Assembly (NCBI GenBank): GCA_002269645.1
Contig: NIVC01002767.1
Location: 62,001 to 126,000 of the forward strand
Reading direction: 5' to 3'
Source: Macrostomum lignano
Lineage: Eukaryota
DNA length: 64,000 nt
Both the position numbers and the translations under genes were made by a program. Of this stretch, positions 1 through 24,164 are shown in pieces (the first letter of the stretch is position 1; each line of letters begins with the position of its first letter). Below the pieces are notes generated by a model. It was not told the origin of the DNA. It saw only the letters and a list, made by a program, of their open reading frames with translations, and did no database searches.

Positions 1-50
1 GTCAACAGGGAGTCAACAGGGAGTCAACAGGGAGTTAACAGGGAGTCAAC
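1..50. repeat. 11-bp tandem repeat (GTCAACAGGGA), truncated by window edge
   Basis: About 4 copies read directly. Confidence 0.85.
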
Positions 51-779
51 AAGTATTGAACAAGGGTTGAACAGAAAATACGGTTTTAGAACTATAATCT
101 AAAGTTCACATTGGCGTCTCGATTTTGACATTTCCGTTGTAAATTAGCGAATTTCTGTACAAAACCAATGTGACGGCTGTCTGTGCGGCGTTATTCCTTT
201 TGTTAATATTAAACATTTAAATCTATTTTCTTAGATTTTCTAGAAAGGTTTTCTGCATCTTCTGTGTTCTTCTAACTACTATGCGGTTTTATCCTATAAT
301 TTTATAACATGTATTTCGCACCTATGAGCTGCCTTCAGAGGAAATTGATAGCCTTATGTTTATAAAAAGTGCCACCGACACTTTTCAGCGATGTCTCTAG
401 CGGATTTGGCCTTATTTTTCGATATAATTTCTGCTTTTTATGTCTTTTAGCGTTGTCAAATCTTTCATTCGCATTCCTTAGTAGCCTACTTATTCAGTAG
501 GGTATTGAGAACATTGCAGGAGAAATTGTGCAAAATGCTATTTTTAGCAACAATTAGCCCTTTCGTTAGTAAATATTGTCATCCACAGTTTTGATGCAAA
601 GCCCTCTCTGGCTGATTGACTCCTTAGCATTAGTCTGCTAAACTATTTTCCGCTAATGAAATGATTTATTGCTTCCAGTGTATTATTATTTCAGCTGGGT
701 GGGTTTAGGGCTGTTTGTTCCTGACTACTTCACCTGTTTTTGAAACTAACACTAGTTTCTAGCACTATTTTTTGACACT

Positions 780-1840
780 AAACAGCTCCTGACACCTCAA
801 ACAGTTCCTGACACTTTAAACAGCTCCTGACACTTCAAACAGCTCCTGACACTTTAAACAGTTTCTGACACTTCAAACAGCTGACACTTCAAACAGCTCC
901 TGACACTTCAAACAGCTCCTGACACTTTTAACAGCTTCTGACACTTCAAACAGCTCCTGACACTTCAAACAGCTCCTGGCACTTCAAACAGCTCCTGACA
1001 CTTTAAACAGCTCCTGACACTTTAAACAGCTCCTGACACTTTAAACAGCTCCTGACACTTCAAACAGCTCCTGACACTTTAAACAGCTCCTGACACTTCA
1101 AACAGCTCCTGGCACTTCAAACAGCTCCTGACACTTTAAACAGCTCCTGACACTTCAAACAGCTCTTGACACTTTAAACAGTTTCTGACACTTTAAACAG
1201 TTTCTGACACTTCAAACAGCTTCTGACACTTCAAACAGCTCCTGACACTTCAAACAGTTCCTGACACTTCAAACAGCTCCTGACACTTCAAACAGCTCCT
1301 GACACTTCAAACAGCTCCTGACACTTCAAACAGCTCCTGACACTTTAAACAGTTTCTGACACTTCAAACAGCTCCTGACACTTCAAACAGCTCCTGACAC
1401 TTCAAACAGCTCCTGACACTTCAAACAGCTCCTGACACTTCAAACAGCTCCTGACACTTCAAACAGCTCCTGACACTTCAAACAGCTCCTGACACTTCAA
1501 ACAGCTCCTGACACTTCAAACAGCTCCTGACACTTCAAACAGCTCCTGACACTTCAAACAGCTCCTGACACTTTAAACAGCTCCTGACACTTCAAACAGC
1601 TCCTGACACTTCAAACAGCTCCTGACACTTTAAACAGTTTCTGACACTTCAAACAGCTCCTGACACTTTAAACAGCTCCTGACACTTTAAACAGCTCCTG
1701 ACACTTTAAACAGCTCCTGACACTTCAAACAGCTCCTGACACTTCAAACAGCTCCTGACACTTCAAACAGCTCCTGACACTTCAAACAGCTCCTGACACT
1801 TCAAACAGCTCCTGACACTTTAAACAGTTTCTGAAACTTC
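780..1840. repeat. 19-bp minisatellite (AAACAGCTCCTGACACTTC)
   Basis: Period 19 read directly, about 55 copies with C/T variants. Confidence 0.97.
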
Positions 1841-2066
1841 AACAGGCTCCTTTTAAACCTCTGAACTTGACGCTTCAGCATTCCCTACACTATGCTTCCG
1901 CGATCCGGCTTTGCTTCATGATTTATAAAGACAGAAGACACAAGGCCGAGTTCAAAGTTGAAAGTTCAGAGAGGTCAGGGTGTATTTTGACTCGAACTCA
2001 AAGGCTGTTTTGCATTCCTTTAATCAGTTATCAGTAATAATTAGTAGCGATATTGAGCTCAGCCGG

Positions 2067-2453
2067 TCACTGCAGCAGCTGCATCATCGGACAGGCCCTG
2101 ACCGCCTCCTTCGATGGGGCGCCCGACTTCACCAAGTCGGTGAGGCACCAGCTGTTCGCGCAGTGCAGCAGCTCGGAAGTCTGCAAGAAGGATGGGATGC
2201 AGGTGTTAATGGCCGGTGTTAATCAAACTAACTCTAATAGACTGGCAGAGACCTGTTCAGGTGTCTTGAAGCAGTGGTTACAGAAATACAGGCACCGCTG
2301 CCACGGCTTCATCAGCGGCAGCAAATCGGCGGGCATGAGCTCGTCCTGCTGCTGCTGCTGCTCATCCCGCTGCTGCTGCGCTGCCGGCCCGACGGCAGTT
2401 GCTGCCGCAACGGAGACGGCTAGGAGAATCCAGAGCAGGGAGGAGAAGCTCAT
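2067..2453 (-). CDS. Secreted six-cysteine peptide precursor, eclosion-hormone-like (104 aa, 2 exons)
   Basis: Exon1 2453-2253 (signal peptide MSFSSLLWILLAVSVAAATA, Q-rich linker, ...WQRCLYFCNHCFKTPEQ); phase-0 GT..AG intron 2252-2181; exon2 2180-2067 TSELLHCANSWCLTDLVKSGAPSKEAVRACPMMQLLQ*. Cys spacing C-x3-C-x2-C-x12-C-x4-C-x17-C versus insect EH C-x3-C-x2-C-x12-C-x3-C-x10-C. Gene model is strong; family call is moderate. Confidence 0.7.
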
Positions 2454-2947
2454 GTTTGTTTATCCTGAAACGAGAATTCTTAGAAATTCTTAGAAATTCT
2501 TAGAAATTCGATGTCAGCTGCTGGCAATGCAGGCGGCAGCTGGCGGCTCACCTTAAATACTCCACTCGGCTTGGGCCCCGGGGGCTCAGCGGGGATCTGC
2601 AGGCTCTCCAGAAATCATCGAGAAATCAGGAGCGAGTCCTGCGGTGAAGAATTTTCGATGACAAAATTCTAAATTGAGGACTTCCCGCTCTCTGGCCGGG
2701 AATTCGCCGCGGGGGATGGCAGCTTAAATTCGAATTTCTACGTATTAATGGGGCCGATTGCCGTTGACCTTGCAGCAGTACAGGCTTTGCAGCAATTTTG
2801 AATTTGAATCAAATTTTTGCGACTTAACTGAGGGAGTAATTGTAGCGAGTTAGGCGCTTGGCTCTTTTCACAGGAATTGGCATTCACAGACATTCACAGG
2901 AAGCAAAGATGTGAGCCTCTGAATGACCTTCAGGTGTTAATTAATTG

Positions 2948-3092
2948 TCTATGGCCAGTCACTGTCTATGGCCAGTCACTGTCTATGGCCAGTCACTGTC
3001 TATTGCCACTGTCTATGGCTAATGTCTATGGCTAATGTCTATGGCTAATGTCTATGGCTAATGTCTATGGCTAATGTCTATGGCTAATGTCT
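2948..3092. repeat. Compound 17-bp/13-bp tandem repeat (CTATGGCCAGTCACTGT then CTATGGCTAATGT)
   Basis: Read directly. Confidence 0.85.
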
Positions 3093-3622
3093 AATCAAGT
3101 AGCAGGCTGAGTGAATTGATGGAAAAGCTGTGTAAATTGAGAGGCTGGCTGTGTGAATCGAAGGGCATGCTGATTTAATAAAGAGGGTACTGTGTGGAAT
3201 AGGCAGGCGCTGTGTGAATGGATGGAACTCTGTGTGAGTATTGGGATTTCAGTCCCCAAAGACCCCCTCCCGGATCCGCCCCTGCCCTGTTCCAGCCAAG
3301 CGATTTAGATCACTCTGCATCCGAAAATATAACAGGCGGAACTTAAATCGATGCGGTTGCTACCCTGATAGGGCCCCTGGAACATTTGCCGATCACTTGG
3401 CGGAGCACCAAGTCGGGACTGCAGGATTAATTTTGGCATCCGATCGCAGCGAATGGCAGCCGAATTTAGCCTGCCCCGCTTGCCGAATTTGCAAAACTAC
3501 CACGGGCTTTGGTTGCTGCGAGGAAGCAGGAAGCAGATTAGACTATTTAGCTCGCGCAGTTCTGCACCTCCAGCAAGCAGGAGACCTCAATCTTCCTTGG
3601 AAATATCAACCGCCGCTTGATA

Positions 3623-4396
3623 ATGTCGCCAAGTTGCTTGGCTTCGATTTTGTCGTTTCTGCTGCTACTAGAGGCAGAGCAGCTCAGATCCGAGACTGAG
3701 CACGTTGCCTGCGGCTGGGGCGCCGGGAGCGCGAACCTGAGATTTGACAACTACAAGACTACAACATTAACAATTACATTTTACTGCAACCTTAGCCAAA
3801 GAGTGCGAAATTCTCCGAATCTGGCGGAGAATGCCGATCGGGTCTGCATCGACAAATTCGAGCTCACGACTCAGCTGCCGGCCAACTCGCTGCCAACCCG
3901 GCGCTACAAATCCACCTGCCACTGTCCGACTGCTCTAAGCTGGAGGGGCAGCCGGCCAAGCACCCGCTGCCGCCCCGCCCGCCTGCCCGTGGCGTCTCTG
4001 GAGCCGCTGGATGGCGGCGCGGGCGGTCAGCGCCTCCGTCTGGTGACCCGCCTGCACGGAACCGGCTGCGCCGCGCTGCACCCGCCGCTGAGGCCGCCGC
4101 GGCCGGAGCCGCTGACTGGCGCCGACCTGCGCCGCCTCAACGCCATGCTGGGCCGCCACGGCGCGCTCTACCGGCCCGTCAGCTGCCAGTTGGCCCGAGC
4201 TCAGCCGCAGCCTCAGTTCTTCATCAATGCTGACGCCGCCAGGCTGCCCAGACTGCTGCCGGATGTCCGGTGCCCGTGTCCGGGACAGGCCAGGGTGGAG
4301 CTGCCATTCTTGGAGCTCAGGCGGACGGGCGAAGACGGCCAGCAGCTGCAGCAGAGCCTCGGCAGCATCGGCGTGTCGTGCGCTGTGGCGCCGTGA
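3623..4396 (+). CDS. Secreted protein L1 with two tandem IL-17/cystine-knot-like modules (257 aa, single exon)
   Basis: ATG at 3623, hydrophobic N-terminus (CLASILSFLLLL). Module 1: C..LPTRRYKSTCHC..CRPARLPVASLEP..RLHGTGC. Module 2: RPVSC..FFINADAARLPRLLPDVRCPC..LPFLELRR..SIGVSC, recalling IL-17 N.DP.R.P..L.EA.C..VL.R..V.VGC. Paralogous to 14192-15010. Confidence 0.7.
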   Translation: MSPSCLASILSFLLLLEAEQLRSETEHVACGWGAGSANLRFDNYKTTTLTITFYCNLSQRVRNSPNLAENADRVCIDKFELTTQLPANSLPTRRYKSTCHCPTALSWRGSRPSTRCRPARLPVASLEPLDGGAGGQRLRLVTRLHGTGCAALHPPLRPPRPEPLTGADLRRLNAMLGRHGALYRPVSCQLARAQPQPQFFINADAARLPRLLPDVRCPCPGQARVELPFLELRRTGEDGQQLQQSLGSIGVSCAVAP

Positions 4397-4529
4397 CCGG
4401 CGGCGGGGCTCAGAGGCTCTGCCGACTGTGGGCTGTCCTGTAGACCGCTCAGCAGTCAGCACCCCAGCATCTCCCAACTCTTCATCTATTTATTATTCAC
4501 GGTGCTTTCCTTCATTTCCCACTCTCCCC

Positions 4530-4975
4530 TGCTCTCCCTTCTACTCCCTACTCTCTCCCTACTCTCTCCCTACTCTCTGCCTACTCTCTCCCTACTCTCT
4601 CCCTACTCTCTCCCTACTCTCTCCCTACTCTCTCCCTACTCTCTCCCTACTCTCTCCCTACTCTCTCCCTACTCTCTCCCTACTCTCTCCCTACTCTCTC
4701 CCTACTCTCTGCCTACTCTCTGCCTACTCTCTCCCTACTCTCTCCCTACTCTCTCCCTACTCTCTCCCTACTCTCTCCTACTCTCTCCCTACTCTCTCCC
4801 TACTCTCTCCCTACTCTCTCCCTACTCTCTCCCTACTCTCTCCCTACTCTCTCCCTACTCTCTCCCTACTCTCTCCCTACTCTCACCTCTCCCTACTCTC
4901 TCCCTACTCTCTCCCTACTCTCTCCCTACTCTCACCTCTCCCTACTCTCTCCCTACTCTCTCCCTACTCTCCCCT
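4530..4975. repeat. 11-bp minisatellite (CTACTCTCTCC)
   Basis: Read directly; explains the spurious LSLLSPYSLPT ORFs. Confidence 0.95.
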
Positions 4976-5277
4976 CTCCCTGCCCTCTCGCTCTGTGACC
5001 CCTCCTTTCCATTTTCCGTTGTCCTGACAAACAAACCTGATGCATTGTTTAACAGGGCAGCTGAGACTAAAGCTTGTTGAATGCCGTTTTAATTTGATTT
5101 TTGCTCATAAATAAAGCTGAATAACAAATTTTTCACCTCGATATATTTTTAGAACAAGACTTTTGCTTTTGGAAAACAATATCAATAAAAACACTGGTAG
5201 TGTCCTTAGGTGCGGATATTGAGGGTTCCATGGAATTTCCCATGTAGCCACTTTCATGCTTCTACGAGCGTATGTAC

Positions 5278-11423
<6,146 letters not shown>

Positions 11424-11819
11424 GTCTTTTAGAACTCAGAATCGAAGTGAATTGAATTGAATCCGCGCGAGCAGTTCCCAACAATTTCTGCCATTTATAT
11501 TTGGCTCGGCTGAACAGCCCCAGCTGGCAATGTCAGCCTGTCATTGGCTGCGGGAAATGCAGACAACACATGCCGCCCAGAGCCTGCGATCTCTTGGGCA
11601 GGGAGTTCTAAACGGAGATTCTGGGGGAAACTGACATTCACTGAGCTCTGACACAATATATGGACTCTGGAACTAGCTGGTTGCATCCGTCCTTTCTTCT
11701 CATAGAAAGGGGGTTAATTTTATAGTTCATTCAGATACTTTTTCAATGTGTACCAACCCCCGAGTGCTAATTGGAGTGACATCAGTATCAATAGCCTGCA
11801 GGAGTGCCCACACAGAGCG

Positions 11820-12400
11820 ACAATTAGACAGGGGGTGCGAGTGACAATGCGAGTGACAGCAGGAAAGATACTAGAACAGGAGTGACAACGAGAGTGACAA
11901 CAAAAGTGACAACAGGAGTGACAAGAGTGACAAGAGTGACTACAACAGAAGCGAAAATGAAAATAGTAGTGACAACAGGAGTGATAGCAGGAGTGACAAC
12001 AGGAGTGACAAGAGTGACAACAGGAGTGATAGCAGGAGTGACAAAAGGAGTGACAAGAGTGACAAGAGTGACTACAACAGAAGCGAAAATGAAAATAGTA
12101 GTGACAACAGGAGTGATAGCAGGAGTGACAATAGGAGTGACAACGGGAGTGACAACAAGAGTGACAACAGGAGTGACAAGAGTGACAAGAGTGACTAATA
12201 CAGAAGCGAAAATGAAAATAGTAGTGACAACAGGAGTGATAGCAGGAGTGACAATAGGAGTGACAACGGGAGTGACAACAAGAGTGACGACAGGAGTGAC
12301 AAGAGTGACAAGAGTGACTACAACAGAAGCGAAATGAAAATAGTGGTGACAACAGGAGTGATAGCAGGAGTGACAATAGGAGTGAAAACCAGAGTGATAA
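11820..12400. repeat. Composite GAGTGACAAC/GAGTGACAAG repeat with higher-order period
   Basis: Read directly; a related GGAGTGACAAT composite lies at 38130-38490. Confidence 0.9.
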
Positions 12401-12899
12401 CAAGAATGCTAGCATGAGTTTGTGCTATACAGATAGCTTTAAGATTCGCATCACACTACTATAGTAAGTAGAGATATTGTGCTACTTACAGTAAGCTGTT
12501 GTTATAAGTTTAAGAAGTCGAAGTCTTGAGATGTGCGAGATCGTTGTAGCAACGATAGCGGGGTCTTTGTTGCTCAGGAAACAGTAGCCATGGGCAGTAC
12601 ATAACACCCCAACCAATGCGCAGAAGCACAGAAAGCTCACAAAGTTCGAATGCACCAGGAAACTATACGATCGATCTCTCGGGTGGTTTTCGAATTCTGG
12701 TTTCTGAAGTCTGAACTGAGTTCTGAACTTGGATTGACATCTCGTTTCAGTCGGCTGTACAAATGACTGCATTGAAGACTTTGCATTCAGCCTCAGTAGG
12801 ATTGAGTCGAGATTCTGTCGGTGGGTGAAACTCTGTTACAGAAGAAGAAAGTAGAAAATTTCAGATCGAATATTGGTTCCGCTGTCTGAGACTAAACTT

Positions 12900-13880
12900 C
12901 GGCAAGCCAGCATATTTGAAGGCCTTTCTTCAAGCCTTGAAGACAGAAGATGCGAGCGTGCTGAGAATTTGCACGTCAATCCAGCGAGAAAGACAGATCT
13001 TGGAAAGTACGAGCTAGCACTGTCCGTTGGCTCCGGTACTCAGTCAGAGCCTTTATCCTAGCAGTATCCGGGTACAGTTGACCTTCTTGAAGTATGAATC
13101 CGAGGAACTTGACACTTTCTCTGCACTTTAGCGATCTACGGGTGTTGATTCGGAAGCCGTACTGTGCCAATCTTTCAGATCCTTCGGGCTTCAGCACTGG
13201 CACGATTGGGCATGAAATTATCGGATTTTGTACAGGATAGATGATTCCTGCGCCCGGAAGTCTCTGCAATTCGATCTCGACAATAGTTTTCATAGGACCA
13301 ATCAGATCAACTAATCAGCTCCAGCAGCAGTCACATGCTTATCTCCAAGCGTCTGGCTTCAGAATCAGAGGACAGTCTCGAATCCGGCGTGATAGCTCCT
13401 GACCCGAGTGCCAGCCCTGCTTCCCAAATGGGGTCTTCGTTGGAGTTCAAACTCATAGACATGGCTACTACATATCCGGAGGGGATTCTCCTTCTACCTC
13501 AAAGCTACGGGACACACAGAGGTGAGCAAACAAAGGACGTCTTCCTCACTACCTGCGGATCTGCCGTGCTTACACTAGTTGAGTCTCTGATGAAGCTTAA
13601 TGACATCAGCGCGAACGACTGCACCTACGAAGCAATGAAGGCCAAGATCCTGGAGCAACTCAAGCCAAAAGGCTCCCGTTCAAGAAGCATCAGAATCCGT
13701 GCACGTTACTACCGATCCTCAGAAAACCATCGCCACTATACATCTGCCGCAACAAGTGCGGAAAGCAAGGGCACATTGCATCCGCATGCCCATTATCAGC
13801 GATGCTACAATGCTACAATTCCCTTCAGCGCAAGTTTGCCAATGCTGGCCAGTGAAGAAGCTCGGGGGGGGGGCGTGCAA
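12900..13880. mobile_element. Degenerate, rearranged Ty3/Gypsy-like LTR retrotransposon remnant
   Basis: Minus strand RT-like pieces (GIIYPV..SCPIVPVLKPEGS..; ESVKFLGFIL..LYPDTARIKAL). Plus strand gag-like piece (FLTTCGSAVLTLVESL..TYEAMKAKILEQLKPK) and, in another frame, zinc knuckle CRNKCGKQGHIASAC at 13745-13789. G-run near 13863-13873. Confidence 0.7.
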
Positions 13881-14191
13881 GCAAGCCTCTACGAGCTGCT
13901 ATCAGAAATTCTGTAAACAGAAGCTGCAGATTGAAACAAAAGCCACGAAGGAGCTAAAAATAGCATCAAAATTAACATTATTTAGTAATTCCGGTTCCTT
14001 TTCTGAATACGAATGAATCTGTTGTTGGGCAGCAAAAGCAGAGGCGGCACACTTTTTTGGGCCGGGGGCGGCACAGAGCTTATATTAATAGCGACACCTG
14101 CAGCCGGTCCAATCGCCCAGCTTGGAAGCCAAATAAAAAGTCCAGCAGTTTTGGCAAAGTTGATCATTCAAAGTGCAACAGTCGACCCTCG

Positions 14192-15010
14192 ATGCATCCG
14201 CCGCTGATTCTGTCATTGCTGCTGGCGTTGCTTCTGGCAGCAGAGCTATCCGCCATCGCCGCCGCCTTGTCCAATGCCGCCTGCGGCTGGGGCGCCGGGA
14301 GCTCCGGACTGAGCTATGTGGACTACAGCAGCTCGGAGATGAACGGACCGCCCGGCTGCAGGTTCAGCGTGGAGGATCAGAGCAAATACCAGCTTGCGGA
14401 GAACCTGCGGAGCCTCTGCCCGGAGCAGCTCGCACCGCCGACCTGGGAGAGCCTCGGAGCTTCGGGCAAGTCGCTGCCGGCACTGCGCTACGAGGCGCGT
14501 TGCCAGTGCGCCAGCAGCCTGTCAGGCCCAGTTACAGCAGGCCCAAAACAGGAGCAGCTCAGGCCCGACCTCCGCTGCCGCAACGCCCGCCTGCCCGTGG
14601 CGTCTCTGGAGCCGCTGGATAGCGGCGGCGGCGCCGGCGTCCAGCGCCTCCGTCTGGTGACCCGCCTGCACGGCACCGGCTGCGCCGCGCTGCACCCGCC
14701 GCTGAGGCCGCCGCGGCCGGAGCCGCTGACTGGCGCCGACCTGCGCCGCCTCAACGCCATGCTGGGCCGCCACGGCGCGCTCTACCGGCCCGTCAGCTGC
14801 CAGTTGGCCCGCGCTCAGCCGCAGCCTCAGTTCTTCATCAATGCTGACGCCGCCAGGCTGCCCAGACTGCTGCCGGATGTCCGGTGCCCGTGTCCGGGAC
14901 AGGCCAGGGTGGAGCTGCCATTCTTGGAGCTCAGGCGGACGGGCGAAGACGCCCAGCAGCTGCAGCAGAGCCTCGGCAGCATCGGCGTGTCGTGCGCTGT
15001 GGCGCCGTGA
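14192..15010 (+). CDS. Secreted protein L2 with two tandem IL-17/cystine-knot-like modules (272 aa, single exon)
   Basis: ATG at 14192, clear signal peptide MHPPLILSLLLALLLAAELSAIAAA. Module 1 has RSLCP..LPALRYEARCQC..C..LPVASL..GTGC, matching IL-17 hallmarks RSLCPW and EARC.C. C-terminal half is almost identical to L1. Confidence 0.75.
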   Translation: MHPPLILSLLLALLLAAELSAIAAALSNAACGWGAGSSGLSYVDYSSSEMNGPPGCRFSVEDQSKYQLAENLRSLCPEQLAPPTWESLGASGKSLPALRYEARCQCASSLSGPVTAGPKQEQLRPDLRCRNARLPVASLEPLDSGGGAGVQRLRLVTRLHGTGCAALHPPLRPPRPEPLTGADLRRLNAMLGRHGALYRPVSCQLARAQPQPQFFINADAARLPRLLPDVRCPCPGQARVELPFLELRRTGEDAQQLQQSLGSIGVSCAVAP

Positions 15011-15409
15011 CCGGCGGCGGGGCTCAGAGGCTCTGCCGACTGCGGGCTGTCCTTCATACAGCTGCCTATAAGAGATGAAGACACTGCATGCCAATGAGAC
15101 TGAAAACTTTGCCGATCTTTGCATGGCGCTTCATACTATTCAAAAATAAACTCTGTCAATTTTCAAGATGCATGGAATATCTGTGAGCACTTGGAAAACT
15201 TTGGCTGTGACCTGTACTTCTCTGATTCTTTGAGCGAATGATGAAGAGGGTGCGCTGAGGAAAACTGCTAAGTGGACACATCTGGTAAACCTTTAAGCAG
15301 TTGGCAACAGCATGCATTTATTGTGTTGGAAAATATATTCAATAACATAATATAAACTTATATACAAATTATTTTATATTATAGTAGATTATGACAGATT
15401 GTATATATG

Positions 15410-22337
<6,928 letters not shown>

Positions 22338-22619
22338 CCGGAAGCGCAAACAGCATACAAAGTTGAACCATAACCAGTTTGACTGGAATGCTGTGGCATT
22401 CCGCCTTCAACCATTAATAAACCATCAGTTCGAAGTTAAAAGCCCCCCCAGGCAGCTTGATTGGACCCGAGAGGCCCGACCCCCACCCCTCCCTCAAACT
22501 CTCAACCACTGGCTGGTTGGTTCGGGAAATTTCTCATCATCATCATTTGGGGTGTTCAGATATTTTTGGGATAAAGCCTTGCACCCTTTGCTTTTTATCA
22601 CGACGTAAAATTAAAATTG

Positions 22620-22722
22620 AAAGGTCGGGGGTTCGATTCTCGACCAATTCGGAACAGATTGTGTCCATGAGCAAGACACTTAACTCTGCATTGCTTCAGT
22701 TCACCCAGCTGTAAAATGGGTG
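22620..22722 (+). mobile_element. tRNA-derived SINE, family A, 5'-truncated copy
   Basis: B-box GGTTCGATTCT then GAGCAAGACACTTAACTCTGCATTGCTTCAGTTCACCCAGCTGTAAAATGGG, resembling conserved metazoan SINE central domains. Confidence 0.7.
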
Positions 22723-22832
22723 CCAGCATTAGCTGGGGAAATTGAGGATGTGTGTCCTGGGACTGAACTGCCGTACGCAGCCTTCAGATGCGCCGCGCAA
22801 TAGCTGCGGCTGAGCTGTCGGTTGCACACCTG

Positions 22833-22976
22833 CCCATTTTACAGCTTGGGTGAACTGAAGCATTGCAGAGTTAAGTGTCTTGCTCAAGCACACAAATCTT
22901 TCCAGTGGGATCGGAAATCGAACCCCCGACCTTCAAGTCGTGAGTCCGACGCTCTGACCACAAGCCACAAGGCCAC
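22833..22976 (-). mobile_element. tRNA-derived SINE, family A, inverted copy with A and B boxes
   Basis: Reverse complement reads GTGGCTTGTGGTCAGAGCG..GGTTCGATTTCC..TGAGCAAGACACTTAACTCTGCAATGCTTCAGTTCACCCAAGCTGTAAAATGGG. Confidence 0.75.
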
Positions 22977-23314
22977 TGTATAGTGACTGACGCAAAACCG
23001 AGATAATTTGGTAAGACTTCGGCCCCGACTTAGGCATTGATTGGGATATGTATATTTAAGAGCCAACCCAAGGGTTCGATACGAGAGAACAACATCCAAT
23101 TGTACGTATACATCAGCTCAATGTGCAACTGGAATAAAGTAGCCCGCGCAGAGACTGGGGGTGGCCGCGTGTAACAGCCACAACACCCACCCAGGCTTGT
23201 AGTCTATGGCAGCCAGCAGAACAGAACAGTCAAGCATTTTAAGCGATGCAAGAGCCAGTCAGAAATCCACTGAAATCAACTTAATCACAATTACATGTAC
23301 CAACATTAGTTAAC

Positions 23315-23767
23315 ATGGCGCCGAGAAGGACACAGAGGAATACGAAAAAATCCCGTTCTAGTGCTGCCGGCTCTTCGACTAGCAAAACTCTGAAGTCGTC
23401 GATGAGTCGTCAGACAAGAATTGAAGATTTTTTTCGGATAGTACCGCGGCTTCCAGCACCATCCGCGGCAAACATGAATGAGCGACATCAAATGGCTGTC
23501 CGCGACTCGAATCCTGCCCCGGTTGTCGACGGTTCAGGCGACAATGCCGCATTGACAAGGATGGCCAGAGAGACGCGCCCGCCAACCGATGCGCTGTCCG
23601 GTGCACATGACGTAGAGCAGTGTCGATCTCGCACTTTCGAGGAGATATTTTCTATCGAGGCTTTCCGACAGGACTGGTACAGCGCTCTCTGCCAAGCGGA
23701 CGCCTTCGCACCGCAATGTATTTTGCGCTGTTTAAAAAATCTGACAAACCAGACGAAAGAGTTATGA
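23315..23767 (+). CDS. Orphan 150-aa basic/Ser-rich protein with a canonical PIP-box (QTRIEDFF)
   Basis: Non-repetitive ATG ORF, AG 5 nt upstream of ATG, AATAAA near 23846. Q-x-x-I-x-x-F-F at aa 33-40. Codon style is less GC-rich than neighbouring genes. Confidence 0.5.
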   Translation: MAPRRTQRNTKKSRSSAAGSSTSKTLKSSMSRQTRIEDFFRIVPRLPAPSAANMNERHQMAVRDSNPAPVVDGSGDNAALTRMARETRPPTDALSGAHDVEQCRSRTFEEIFSIEAFRQDWYSALCQADAFAPQCILRCLKNLTNQTKEL

Positions 23768-24164
23768 AATGGGACCAAAAAGATTGACGGTTCGTCCGCT
23801 CAATTTTCACTAACAAAAGGGAGGCAGCGGGATTAAATGCTAAAAAATAAACGGATGGAAATCAGCCGAAAAACCGGTCCAGACGCGTATTTGACGTCTC
23901 GCCCGCCCCCCTCCCCGACTCCCATGACTTCCCCCCACCCCGGACTACCCCAACTGTTGATGCAAGTTCTGTCGCTTGCACATGTACGATTACTATAATA
24001 TAGCTATCAAATATATCACATATTTGTAACCAACAAATAAGAAATGCCTTCGCTGACGCATCTCAGTATCCTCAGGATCAGCCGATCAGGATCTGGTTTC
24101 GGCGATAGTAACAGTAGTAATAGTATCATAATACTGTACCGACTGGAGTTGGTTAATTAATTAA

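Noticed and set aside
60-700. AT-rich segment checked for a decayed transposase or LINE
   Set aside because: Minus-strand frames I translated are broken by stops and show no motif I recognise.
3241-3750. 152-aa plus and 67-aa minus ORFs overlapping the L1 start
   Set aside because: Non-ATG starts, no recognisable motifs and no counterpart in the duplicated cassette.
14057-14191. 45-aa N-terminal extension of L2 in the ORF track
   Set aside because: Begins at a non-ATG codon; the signal peptide starts at ATG 14192 and aligns with L1.
22833-22976. Possible tRNA gene
   Set aside because: A and B boxes are present but no full cloverleaf is evident and it runs into a SINE body shared with an inverted neighbour.
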